Shown here: positions 53,855 to 62,458 of the stretch, one piece after another | Position numbering within the stretch: the stretch's first letter is position 1 | Layout of the letters: every line of letters begins with the position of its first letter | Source of the DNA: an uncultured Moraxellaceae bacterium | GTDB lineage: Bacteria > Pseudomonadota > Gammaproteobacteria > Pseudomonadales > Moraxellaceae | DNA: 64,000 bases | Reading direction: 5' to 3' | NCBI GenBank assembly: GCA_964373105.1 | Contig: CAYJTU010000001.1 | Coordinates: 5,217-69,216, forward strand | Made by a program: the position numbers and the translations under genes | Notes under the pieces: model-generated | Databases searched by the model: none | Told to the model about the DNA's origin: nothing | The model's input: the letters and a program-made list of their open reading frames with translations, nothing else

Positions 53855-53920
53855 CCTTTCTCAAAATTTTGGGGGTGTTTAATCCAATCGGATATTGAAT
53901 CTTGGTGTTGCCTAGAGATA

Positions 53921-53947
53921 TACGCAGCGCGGATGCATTTAGATTCA
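53921..53947 (-). promoter_or_regulatory. Putative ECF sigma promoter of the fasciclin gene
   Basis: TGAATCT-N16-CGTA on the minus strand, preceded by a T-run. Confidence 0.65.
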
Positions 53948-54125
53948 AAAAAGAAGTAGGTTTTTTTAAAATAGTTTATAAAGTCGTCTTTTATTGTTTT
54001 AAGAGTTATTTTTTTGCTTTAAAGATTTATTTTTATTGATAAAAATAAATCCTCAAGCAGTAGCGTCACCACTTGAGGATTCTGTGTACTTTTCGTTATC
54101 TAGACAAACCCAAGCGAGATCAAGA

Positions 54126-55124
54126 TTATTTGCCGTGCACCACGTTAGGATCAATGAAGCTGTCTGCATTGAGCAGTTGCTTATACGCCCCAGTGGTGAC
54201 GTTGAATTGGTTGACGAAATAGGTCGAACCATAGATCGAATCAAACCCTTTGCCTTTGACCATGGCTTTTTGATTGGCCGCCAGATCCAGCAAATGGGTG
54301 CCGTTCAAGAAACGTAAATAGGTTGCGGGGGCGACACCGACGCGACCTGACATGATCCGCACTGCATCGGGCTGTGTTTTAGGGTCGTGGATGTACTTCA
54401 CCACGCGGTCCCATACCTTGGTCATCTTGATCCAATCGGCACGTTTTGTCGCAAGACTGGTCGGATTGACGGCGATGCCGTCATAGATCAGCCCCGGTGC
54501 ATCTGCGGAGGTATAGAGCGGGTGAGAGCCAGCCACCGCTTTGAGGGTTTGGTTGGCAACAGGTTGCCAGACCGCGACCGCAGCAACGCTTCCTGAGGCG
54601 AGAATTTGTGGCAGTTCGTTGGTTTTGCCATTGACCAGTTTGACCGAAGATTCAGGAACACCGTATTTTTTGAGGGCGTTGACCAGTAACAAGTGATCAA
54701 CCAATCCGCGTTCCACACCCACGGACTTGCCCGCTAAATCTTTAATGGACTTAATCGCTGGTGTGCCGATGACCATGTCATTGCCACTCGAGTAGTCGGT
54801 CAGCAAGACCATGACGCCTTTGGTGCCGCCCGCGCCTGTGACTAACATATCGCCATTGGTTGCGGCGACGGCATCAAGCTTGCCAGCGGCAAAGGCATCC
54901 AGTGAGGCAGAGTAGTCAAACCATTGAAACGAGGCATCGACGCCTGCTTCTTTCAGCCAGCCTTTATCGATGGCAATTTGCCAAGCGACAAAGCCGGGCC
55001 AATCGCTATAGCCAATTTTCAACGGTGCGGCTTGGGCAACGGATGTCAGCAGTCCAGCTGCGGTGAGTACAAGCCCTGCAACCGCAGTGCGTTTGATGAA
55101 GCGTTGAGTCAATGATGTCTTCAT
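54126..55124 (-). CDS. ABC transporter substrate-binding protein (SsuA/NMT1/THI5-like)
   Basis: Signal peptide; IGYSDWPGFVAW, DYSSGND, DLAGKSVGVE, PGLIYD. Confidence 0.85.
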   Translation of the reverse strand: MKTSLTQRFIKRTAVAGLVLTAAGLLTSVAQAAPLKIGYSDWPGFVAWQIAIDKGWLKEAGVDASFQWFDYSASLDAFAAGKLDAVAATNGDMLVTGAGGTKGVMVLLTDYSSGNDMVIGTPAIKSIKDLAGKSVGVERGLVDHLLLVNALKKYGVPESSVKLVNGKTNELPQILASGSVAAVAVWQPVANQTLKAVAGSHPLYTSADAPGLIYDGIAVNPTSLATKRADWIKMTKVWDRVVKYIHDPKTQPDAVRIMSGRVGVAPATYLRFLNGTHLLDLAANQKAMVKGKGFDSIYGSTYFVNQFNVTTGAYKQLLNADSFIDPNVVHGK

Positions 55125-55225
55125 GATGTTTCCCCGTGAATTAACATTTAAAAAAGTGAATCGTTTTTACAGTGCTGGTAACGTGCTGTGTTGCATGGTG
55201 GTTCAAAAAAATGCATATGCTGGTC

Positions 55226-56305
55226 TTAAACTTTGTGTTCCGATGGACCAAAGGAGTTGAGTGGTCGTGCTTGCTGAGCCAATGTCAGTGTGCCGCTCTT
55301 CAGCCGTGCCTTGAGATAGCCAAAGCTTTGCGCCGTCTGGGCAAACAGATGCTCACCGGCGTTCAGCGCTGGATATTTTTGCATCGTATCTGGCGTTGCA
55401 AAAGCGGGTAAAGGTTGTACGCGGGTATGGTAGTTACAGCCAAAAAACAGCGGAAATGAATAGCGCTCAGTACTGACCTTACGCACCCGATGAGCGGTGG
55501 CGACAAACGTACCCCCACTCCAGATCTCCATGAGATCGCCGATATTGACGATAAAGGCATCCTCCATGGGCGGCGCATCAATCCATTTGCCTTCGCCATT
55601 GACCACTTCTAGTCCCGGCGCAGTGGGCAACAAAATAGTGAAGCACTCATAGTCTGTGTGCGCACCGATGCCTGGGCTATCACTGGCGCTGGCATCAAAT
55701 GGGTAGTGAATCAGACGTAATTGGGACGTGGGATTTTTGATAAAGCCATCCAGCGCATCTTCGGCTAGCCCGAGTGCGAGTGCAAAACCGTGTAAAAGGG
55801 TTTGACCCAATGCAAAGGCTGCTTGGTAATAGGTGCTGATCGCTGCTGCAAAGCCTTCCTGTTCCGGCCAGATATTGAGCCCATGCATCGGCGTCCCTGC
55901 AATCACATCAGGATCATCGACTGAATGCTCAAAGCCCAAATCAAAAGCTTCCTTACGATCGTGCTTGCCAGTGGCGAAGACTTCTTCCCCTTCAGGCACA
56001 TAACCTCTATGCGCTAGATTTCCTGAATTGCCGATGTAGTAGCGCATTTTTTCAGTCAAAGGTAGATCGAAGAAATCTCGGGTTTGCGCAATCAAGTGGC
56101 TGCGCATTAATCTGGATACGGCATGGCCTGTGATATAGAAAAATCCCACTTCACGTGCGGCTTTACCAAGGGCTTCTGCGGTGTGGAGGCGAACGGAAAG
56201 ATCAGGACTGTATAACCCTGAAATATCAATAATCGGTAATTGATCGAAATGATGCGATGTTGGTGGCGCGGTTGTTGGTGAATGTGTTGCTGGTGCATGG
56301 TACAT
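55226..56305 (-). CDS. 2-oxoglutarate/Fe(II) dioxygenase, isopenicillin N synthase-like (start MYHAP at 56305)
   Basis: LPIIDIS, GFFYITGH, HTD...H iron triad (GAHTDY, TAHRV), RYS 2OG-binding motif. Confidence 0.92.
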   Translation of the reverse strand: MYHAPATHSPTTAPPTSHHFDQLPIIDISGLYSPDLSVRLHTAEALGKAAREVGFFYITGHAVSRLMRSHLIAQTRDFFDLPLTEKMRYYIGNSGNLAHRGYVPEGEEVFATGKHDRKEAFDLGFEHSVDDPDVIAGTPMHGLNIWPEQEGFAAAISTYYQAAFALGQTLLHGFALALGLAEDALDGFIKNPTSQLRLIHYPFDASASDSPGIGAHTDYECFTILLPTAPGLEVVNGEGKWIDAPPMEDAFIVNIGDLMEIWSGGTFVATAHRVRKVSTERYSFPLFFGCNYHTRVQPLPAFATPDTMQKYPALNAGEHLFAQTAQSFGYLKARLKSGTLTLAQQARPLNSFGPSEHKV

Positions 56306-56326
56306 GGCGTAAACACTCAGACTGAA

Positions 56327-56376
56327 TCTGGTCGTCCAGAAAAAGTAAGCACCATGATGTTTGGGTCGTCCCAAAC
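56327..56376 (-). ncRNA. Guanidine-II (mini-ykkC) riboswitch
   Basis: Two hairpins with ACGA tetraloops, GUUUGGG-ACGA-CCCAAAC (56376-56359) and UCUGG-ACGA-CCAGA (56340-56327), an 18-nt linker, ending about 21 nt before the ATG. Confidence 0.85.
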
Positions 56377-56433
56377 GGTGGGTTATCGATAACGCGTGAA
56401 GTACGCTATAAACAAATCATTAATCATTATAAA

Positions 56434-56449
56434 AGCAAAGGACATGCCA
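56434..56449 (-). promoter_or_regulatory. Sigma-54 (-24/-12) promoter of the dioxygenase-SBP unit
   Basis: TGGCATGTCCTTTGCT: GG-N10-GC, close to TGGCAC-N5-TTGCW. Confidence 0.8.
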
Positions 56450-56488
56450 TTTTATAAAAATGAATGCGAATCAATGCTGTGACAAAAT

Positions 56489-57360
56489 TTAAGCAATGCT
56501 GGATTCCGCGCGCTGTAAAAAAGCACTGTCATGGTGCGAAAAATGCACTTTTTCGGTGTCTCCGATCCAGCGATTCATCTGCCAAATGTCAGCCACCTGT
56601 TCGCCTGTAAAGGGGATTTGATGGGTATAACCATCAGGACCACACTCCGGTGTCATCGTACTGATTTGATAGCCTTGCGCGCGCTGTGCATCCCAGATGG
56701 CTTCCCAGCAGCGCTGGTGCGATGCGAGACAATCCGCATAAGCGGGGTCTGCAGGATGGGGTACTTGCGGGCCTTGCGGATAGCCGATTCGCCCATGGAC
56801 ATGATGACCGTGCGGGGCAAGTTCAAGGATCGTCTCCCACTCACTGTCCATCAGTCGCTCGGAAACCACGACCCAATGGCTAAAATCACAGGTGAGTTTC
56901 AGGCTGGGGACTTGACGCACGACATCACGAGTGACCCATGGATTGAAAAAAGAACGGCCGCGATGGGTCTCAAAACTACAGATCACGCCGTGTTTGTCCG
57001 CGATATCGACAGCTCGTGAGAAAAAGTCAATTTGCTGATCCAGTGACCAGGCGTCACAACCCGCCATCACATTAAAAAAGCGTGGTTTCAGGTCTTTGCC
57101 ATTGATGATTTTTTCTTCAAGATCAGTAAGGTGATCGGCGATGGTGGCATTGCGCTCAGGAACGTAACTGCCTGCCGTACAGATCTCAGCGATGAGCCCT
57201 AGACCGGATTCGGCGACTTCAATTGCAAAGCGCTCACGGGTCTTAGGATCATGCGGAATCGGGGCTTCAATGCCATCGAATTTGGCCGCGCGAACCATGC
57301 TAAAGGCTTCGGATAGTGGTCCGTTAAAGCCCCAGAAGGTTTTATACAGTTGTAGTTTCA
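56489..57360 (-). CDS. Sugar-phosphate isomerase/epimerase-like TIM-barrel protein (xylose isomerase-like); start MKLQL at 57360
   Basis: FDGIE, FETHRGR, LTCDFSHW, HVHGRIG and TPECG metal-site-like motifs. Confidence 0.8.
56522..56560. promoter_or_regulatory. Tandem NtrC-like enhancer sites
   Basis: AGCACTGTCATGGTGCG (56522-56538) and TGCACTTTTTCGGTGTC (56544-56560) versus TGCACCA-N3-TGGTGCA; about 108 and 130 bp upstream of the inferred start site. Confidence 0.6.
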
Positions 57361-57395
57361 TACGAGAACTCACAAGGTGGATGGAGTCTATATCC

Positions 57396-57411
57396 AGCAA
57401 GTTCTGTACCA
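57396..57411 (-). promoter_or_regulatory. Sigma-54 promoter of the TIM-barrel gene
   Basis: TGGTACAGAACTTGCT: GG-N10-GC, about 36 bp upstream of the ATG at 57360. Confidence 0.7.
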
Positions 57412-57468
57412 TCGGCTTTTTGAGAGTGTTTTAAGAGTGGTTTTAAGCAGGGCTTTTGCGATGCGAAT

Positions 57469-58395
57469 TTAGCGGAGCAGAGCTTGAATTTCTTCACGCA
57501 GCTCACTGAGGTGTTTGGCTTTTTTGAGTTTAGACCACAGCAGTTCGGCTTCGCTATAGCCTTGGGTCAGCATCCCCAACCACTGCTTGTAGCGTCCCAC
57601 CAACCTGGCATCGGTCTTGGCGGGGCTGTCTAAGAAGTCGAGTTGTAACTGGAGCAGCGTTGGCCAGTCGATCTCGGCATGCCCGCGAATGCGGTTGACC
57701 AGATCGGGCCTTGTGACTGCGCCGCGACCCAGCATCAGATCCACGCAACCTGACACTTGCTGGCAGCGTACGGCGTCTTCAACCGTCCAGATTTCGCCAT
57801 TAGCAATCAGCGGCATCGCAACTGCTTCACGCACCGCAGGTAGTTTTTCCCAGTAGGCAGGGGGCTTATAACCATCAGTCTTGGTACGCGCATGGATCGT
57901 CAGCCAAGCGGCGCCAGCGGCTTCAATCGCACGGGCGTTGTCGAGTGTTCGGCTGTCGTCGAGATAACCGAGGCGCATCTTTGCCGATACTGGGATGTGA
58001 CTGGGTACGGCTTGACGGACGGCTTTGATGATCTCATAGATCACTTCTGGCTCATCCAAGAGCACGGCGCCGCCGCGATGACGATTGACGGTTTTGGCCG
58101 GACAGCCAAAGTTTAAATCAATAGCGAGCGCACCCAGTTCGGCGGCAAAAGCAGCATTGTCTGCCAGTGCAATCGGGTCATTGCCCAAAAATTGAATATG
58201 CACGGGTGTGCCGCTGTCGGTTTTGCAGGCGTTATGCAGTTCAGGGCAATAGCCACGAATCACATGGGCAGGTAACAACTGATCGGTCACTCGAATAAAC
58301 TCCGTCACGCACCAGTCGTAAGAGCCGACTTCGGTGAGTAGACGACGCATCGGCGGGTCGGTGAGACCTTCCATCGGGGCGAGGATGAGTTTCAT
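57469..58395 (-). CDS. dusC: tRNA-dihydrouridine synthase (DusC-like)
   Basis: LAPMEG, DLNFGCPAKTV, SAKMRLG, IHART, ANGEIW, MLGRGA. Confidence 0.9.
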   Translation of the reverse strand: MKLILAPMEGLTDPPMRRLLTEVGSYDWCVTEFIRVTDQLLPAHVIRGYCPELHNACKTDSGTPVHIQFLGNDPIALADNAAFAAELGALAIDLNFGCPAKTVNRHRGGAVLLDEPEVIYEIIKAVRQAVPSHIPVSAKMRLGYLDDSRTLDNARAIEAAGAAWLTIHARTKTDGYKPPAYWEKLPAVREAVAMPLIANGEIWTVEDAVRCQQVSGCVDLMLGRGAVTRPDLVNRIRGHAEIDWPTLLQLQLDFLDSPAKTDARLVGRYKQWLGMLTQGYSEAELLWSKLKKAKHLSELREEIQALLR

Positions 58396-58543
58396 GTGAG
58401 GGAGTTATGATCAGGTGCAATTTGGGTGGTCTTTATAGCGGATTTTGAGTAAGAGGTAAACAAAACCTTCGGCCAAGATTTCTATAAACGCACGAATAAG
58501 GATTCGAAGAGGGTGTTTTGCATGAAAGATTTATTCTTGCAAT

Positions 58544-58568
58544 AAAAAACCACTGTGCAAACAGTGGT
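58544..58568 (-). terminator. Terminator downstream of the S53 peptidase gene
   Basis: accactgt-gcaa-acagtggt with an adjacent A-run. Confidence 0.7.
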
Positions 58569-58597
58569 CTTTGTAAGTTGATCTAGGATGGTTGATT

Positions 58598-60376
58598 TTA
58601 TTTTGCAAAATCAGGGTTGGTTTTGATGAAGGCGTTGAGCTTGGAAATATCAAAGCTACCAAAGCCTGTTGATCCGTCCCATCCTGCTTTTGCAGGAAAG
58701 CCCGTGAATAAGCCACTGCCATTGTTTCCTGAAGTCACATCGTGAAGCAGAGATTGATTGGTGGGGAAGTATTTATAAAAACTTGCCGCTGGGAAGCCTA
58801 GCGTATTATTGTTGGCTGACTGCAAACGTGCCCAGATTCCGACAAAGATTGGCGAAGCTAAGCTTGTTCCGCCGTATTGTACGAGCTTGCCTTTGTAGTA
58901 AATTTGAGCACCACTGCTACCTGCAGCATCAAATGCGACATCGGGGAGTGCACGTTTGGTTGAACCCGTAATTGCTGTGGTTTGCCATGTTGGTGCGGGT
59001 TGAATGGTGCTATAGCCACCGCCTGTTGCCCAAATTCGCGTGCCTGATAAACCTTCATTCCATACCGTTTCGTTACTATAAGCTTTGCCATCGGTATACA
59101 GCGTTGTGCCCCCGACAGCGATTGCATAGGGTGAGCTTGCGGGGGTTGAAACCGTATAGATACTGCCTTCTGGCACACCGCGTGTTTCTTCGTACACGCC
59201 TTCATCGCCACTCGAGACTGACACGGTCTGACCTTGGGCAATAGCCTGTTTAAAAACGGTGTTCGTGGCAGCAATGCTATCGTCAGTGCCTTCATATTGA
59301 CCAAATGAGGCGTTGATAACTTTCACGACATTGTCTGTGACGGCACGATTAAATGCGCTCACGATACTGGCGTTGGTATTATTGTCTGGTGCGTTATAAA
59401 AAATAATTTTTTTCACAGCACCACCTGCAGCGCCAACAATCGATTGGCTATCAAGTTGCCATTCTGCATCGGCCTGTGTATGTGCACCAGATCCGATATT
59501 AATAATTTGTGTGGGGATCGCCGCTAAATTATTTTTGGTCGTGTAGGTGTTTAGATCTTTGACAGTTTGGGTTTGGCTACCCCAAGTCACGATGCCGACA
59601 GCAGTATTTGACGCAGTTGGGGTAGTCCCAGCGCCATATAGGGTTGAAAAATCAAGAGGATTGTGACCGACAGCAACCGGTGTCGCCGCTGGGCGTGATA
59701 GCCCTGACGTGATTTGTGTACTTTGCGGCACTGTACTTAAAGGCACTTCACGATGATAGGTGCGCGCAACAGCAGCAGTTTGTAATCCAAGTACCGTATC
59801 AACGATAGCGCTCAGAGATAGAGGGACTTGGGCATCTGTCGTATTGGCAAATACGGCTTTCCCTTCTTTTTGGAAGGTCTTTAGCGTGGTATTAAACGCC
59901 GCTTTGGCGTTGGCCGCTGTTCCTGTCGCCGTGACAAACAGGCGGTTCGGTGCAACGCTGATGTTGCTGTAGCCCGCTTTGGTCAGATGTTTAACCACCG
60001 TATCCACTTGTTGCTGGGAGGGACTGTATTGTTCGATGAATTGCGCTGTTGTGAGGTATTGACGTGAGCCGCCTGATTGTAAGTATTCAAGTTGCTTATC
60101 GAGTTGTGCTTCATTACGTAATTTGAGACCGACCGTGATTTCTACTGGCTCGTTGGTCGCAAGCTGCGTGGCCGTTGCAAGTGTTGCGGCGGAGATGCCA
60201 GCGCTTGCCGCCCGAGTGACTGTTTGAGGCGCTGGCGTGAATGCTTTGGTTTTGGTCGAAACCCAAGTTTCAGCGCCTTGTGCTGTGAATGACGTGGCGA
60301 GAGCAACCGAAATGGCAGCGGATAATAAGGTGACACGACGCGTCTGGGTAATGCGCCCTGAGTGAGATTGTTGCAT
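58598..60376 (-). CDS. Secreted S53 (sedolisin-like) serine-carboxyl peptidase with prodomain
   Basis: Signal and prodomain; EWQLD, SSGDEG, GGTSLASP; Ca-site HDVTSGNNG...GWDGSTGFG. Confidence 0.93.
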   Translation of the reverse strand: MQQSHSGRITQTRRVTLLSAAISVALATSFTAQGAETWVSTKTKAFTPAPQTVTRAASAGISAATLATATQLATNEPVEITVGLKLRNEAQLDKQLEYLQSGGSRQYLTTAQFIEQYSPSQQQVDTVVKHLTKAGYSNISVAPNRLFVTATGTAANAKAAFNTTLKTFQKEGKAVFANTTDAQVPLSLSAIVDTVLGLQTAAVARTYHREVPLSTVPQSTQITSGLSRPAATPVAVGHNPLDFSTLYGAGTTPTASNTAVGIVTWGSQTQTVKDLNTYTTKNNLAAIPTQIINIGSGAHTQADAEWQLDSQSIVGAAGGAVKKIIFYNAPDNNTNASIVSAFNRAVTDNVVKVINASFGQYEGTDDSIAATNTVFKQAIAQGQTVSVSSGDEGVYEETRGVPEGSIYTVSTPASSPYAIAVGGTTLYTDGKAYSNETVWNEGLSGTRIWATGGGYSTIQPAPTWQTTAITGSTKRALPDVAFDAAGSSGAQIYYKGKLVQYGGTSLASPIFVGIWARLQSANNNTLGFPAASFYKYFPTNQSLLHDVTSGNNGSGLFTGFPAKAGWDGSTGFGSFDISKLNAFIKTNPDFAK

Positions 60377-60868
60377 ATAGAACTCCGGATAATGAAGATA
60401 TGATGCGAGATGTCTTTTTACTATTTGGTTAGTTTGTAGTTAAGACAATTTGAGTATAGGATTATTTGTGTGAAAATAAAGCGATATTGTGATTGGAGAA
60501 TATAATGTTTTATTTTTTGATTATCAAACGTTTGAATAAAGAATTTAATTATATTTAAAAAAGCTATAGTGTATAAATGTTTAAAAATTTGATTTTATTT
60601 ATATTTTTATTATTTTAGTTAAAAATTTTGAATTATTGAATATTAAATAAATATTTATGATATGGCTGCTTTGGCTTGGTGTCTTATGGAGTATATAAAA
60701 TTTATTATAAAGATATAAATAATTATGTGAGATTAAATATTGCCCTCTATTAAAAAAATAAAATGTCTTTTTTTAAAGTTAATTTGTCTGAAATAATGAA
60801 TGATACGGCATTAAAATGCCAATCTGATCTCATTTTAACCGTTTGCTAGATGATGTTGAAAGGGCGAT

Positions 60869-62452
60869 CTAATCTTCACTTGCGCGATAAGACGGCGTCA
60901 TGCCCGCTTGCATTTTGGGTGCGGTCCCTTCTTTATTTTGTTTGATGCGCAGTGCGCCAATCAAGGGCAAAATATGATGTACATTCAAATTGGTTTGCGC
61001 GCGCGTAGCTGCCACATAAAGCAGGCGTAGCTCTTCATCAGCGATTTGTGCTTCATTCTTATTGATTTTATAGCTGTAATCATCTTCGAGTTGGACGTTA
61101 TGCCACTCAAGTCCTTTCGCCTTGTGTGCGGTCGAGATGACATAGTCAGCGCTTTGCACCGGGGTGATTTTGAGTAACGCTTTTTTCAGCGGGTCGGTGC
61201 CATGATCGTCTACCAATTTCACCAAGGACTTGATGTCATTGCCATCGTTGGTTTCGCAATACTCATGCACATCTTGCCAACTTGAAAACCACGCCAGTTC
61301 GGGTGCATCGAACACACGCCGTCCTGCTTTGAGTGCGGCTGCTGCATCGACAAACTTCAGCAACCGCTCACTGTCGGCTTGTAGGGCGACTTTGTCGCCA
61401 TTGACGAGACCAGACAGTAATAATGACATCGCGCGGGCATTGGTGCGGCACAAGATGGCATTTTTGACCGCCATGCGCGGCGATAAATCAATTTTGGATT
61501 GCTTGGAGGGTTCACCTTCTAAGGGCACTTGTTCCTTGAGCTCGCGGAGAAAGACATTGGCCACATCGGCCACAGCATCTCCAAAGCGAAATGAACGCGT
61601 CAAGCGGGTTGCGGTGAGGGGCAACTGTTGCATCGCATTGACCGCACCGCGCCATGCATAGATTTGTTGGTGTGCATCACCCACATAGATGACTTGTGCA
61701 CGTTTCTGCTTCATCAGTACGCCAAGCATCAGCGGATCAGAGTCCTGTGCTTCATCGAACAAGACATAATCAACCGGAATGATCGGATCGGACAGCGCCC
61801 AGCATTTCAGATAGATGTCATGGCCTATGCCCGCTTGATGGCGCGGGTCAATCGAGTCCTGCCAGCGCTTTTCGACATGGGGAAATAAATGCATACGTAG
61901 GCTTTCTGAATCATCGGGATGCAGCCACTCGGGCAGTTCGATATGACGCGGTGCGGGGTACTGGGCATTGGTGGCACAAAAGCGACTGACGGCGTTGCTG
62001 ATGAAGCTGCCGAGACGACTTGGGGTCAGCGTGAAGTATTCAAAGCGATTGCCGAGCATACGGCGAATTTTCAGCGGTTCAAGGCGGTATTCTTCAGCTA
62101 AACGCGCTGGACTTAAGCGCGGCAGGCGCAGCTTATCGGTGATCGCACGGCTGACATGACGAAAAGCAAGTGAGTGAAAGGTGCGGCAATCGACATTGGC
62201 ATGAAAGCGGGTTTTGGCATGATCGGCAATCGCTTTGTTAAACGCCAAGTAGATGCCTTTTTTTTGTGGAATCGCTTGGCTAATCAATTGTAGCGTGGTG
62301 GTTTTACCGCTTCCCGCATAGGCAATCACTTTGAAAGACTGGCCGCATTTCGCCTGTTCAATCGCACTGATTTGCTCAGGCGTTGCTTGCTCAGTCTTCT
62401 GCCCCGTTTTTTGGGTGGTATGGATCGTATTCGGGTTTACAGAATTGTTCAC
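60869..62452 (-). CDS. UvrD/Rep-like superfamily 1 helicase
   Basis: AGSGKT, DEAQD, VGDAHQQIY, STAHKAKGLEW, LLYVAATRA. Confidence 0.92.
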   Translation of the reverse strand: MNNSVNPNTIHTTQKTGQKTEQATPEQISAIEQAKCGQSFKVIAYAGSGKTTTLQLISQAIPQKKGIYLAFNKAIADHAKTRFHANVDCRTFHSLAFRHVSRAITDKLRLPRLSPARLAEEYRLEPLKIRRMLGNRFEYFTLTPSRLGSFISNAVSRFCATNAQYPAPRHIELPEWLHPDDSESLRMHLFPHVEKRWQDSIDPRHQAGIGHDIYLKCWALSDPIIPVDYVLFDEAQDSDPLMLGVLMKQKRAQVIYVGDAHQQIYAWRGAVNAMQQLPLTATRLTRSFRFGDAVADVANVFLRELKEQVPLEGEPSKQSKIDLSPRMAVKNAILCRTNARAMSLLLSGLVNGDKVALQADSERLLKFVDAAAALKAGRRVFDAPELAWFSSWQDVHEYCETNDGNDIKSLVKLVDDHGTDPLKKALLKITPVQSADYVISTAHKAKGLEWHNVQLEDDYSYKINKNEAQIADEELRLLYVAATRAQTNLNVHHILPLIGALRIKQNKEGTAPKMQAGMTPSYRASED

Positions 62453-62458
62453 TTCAGA

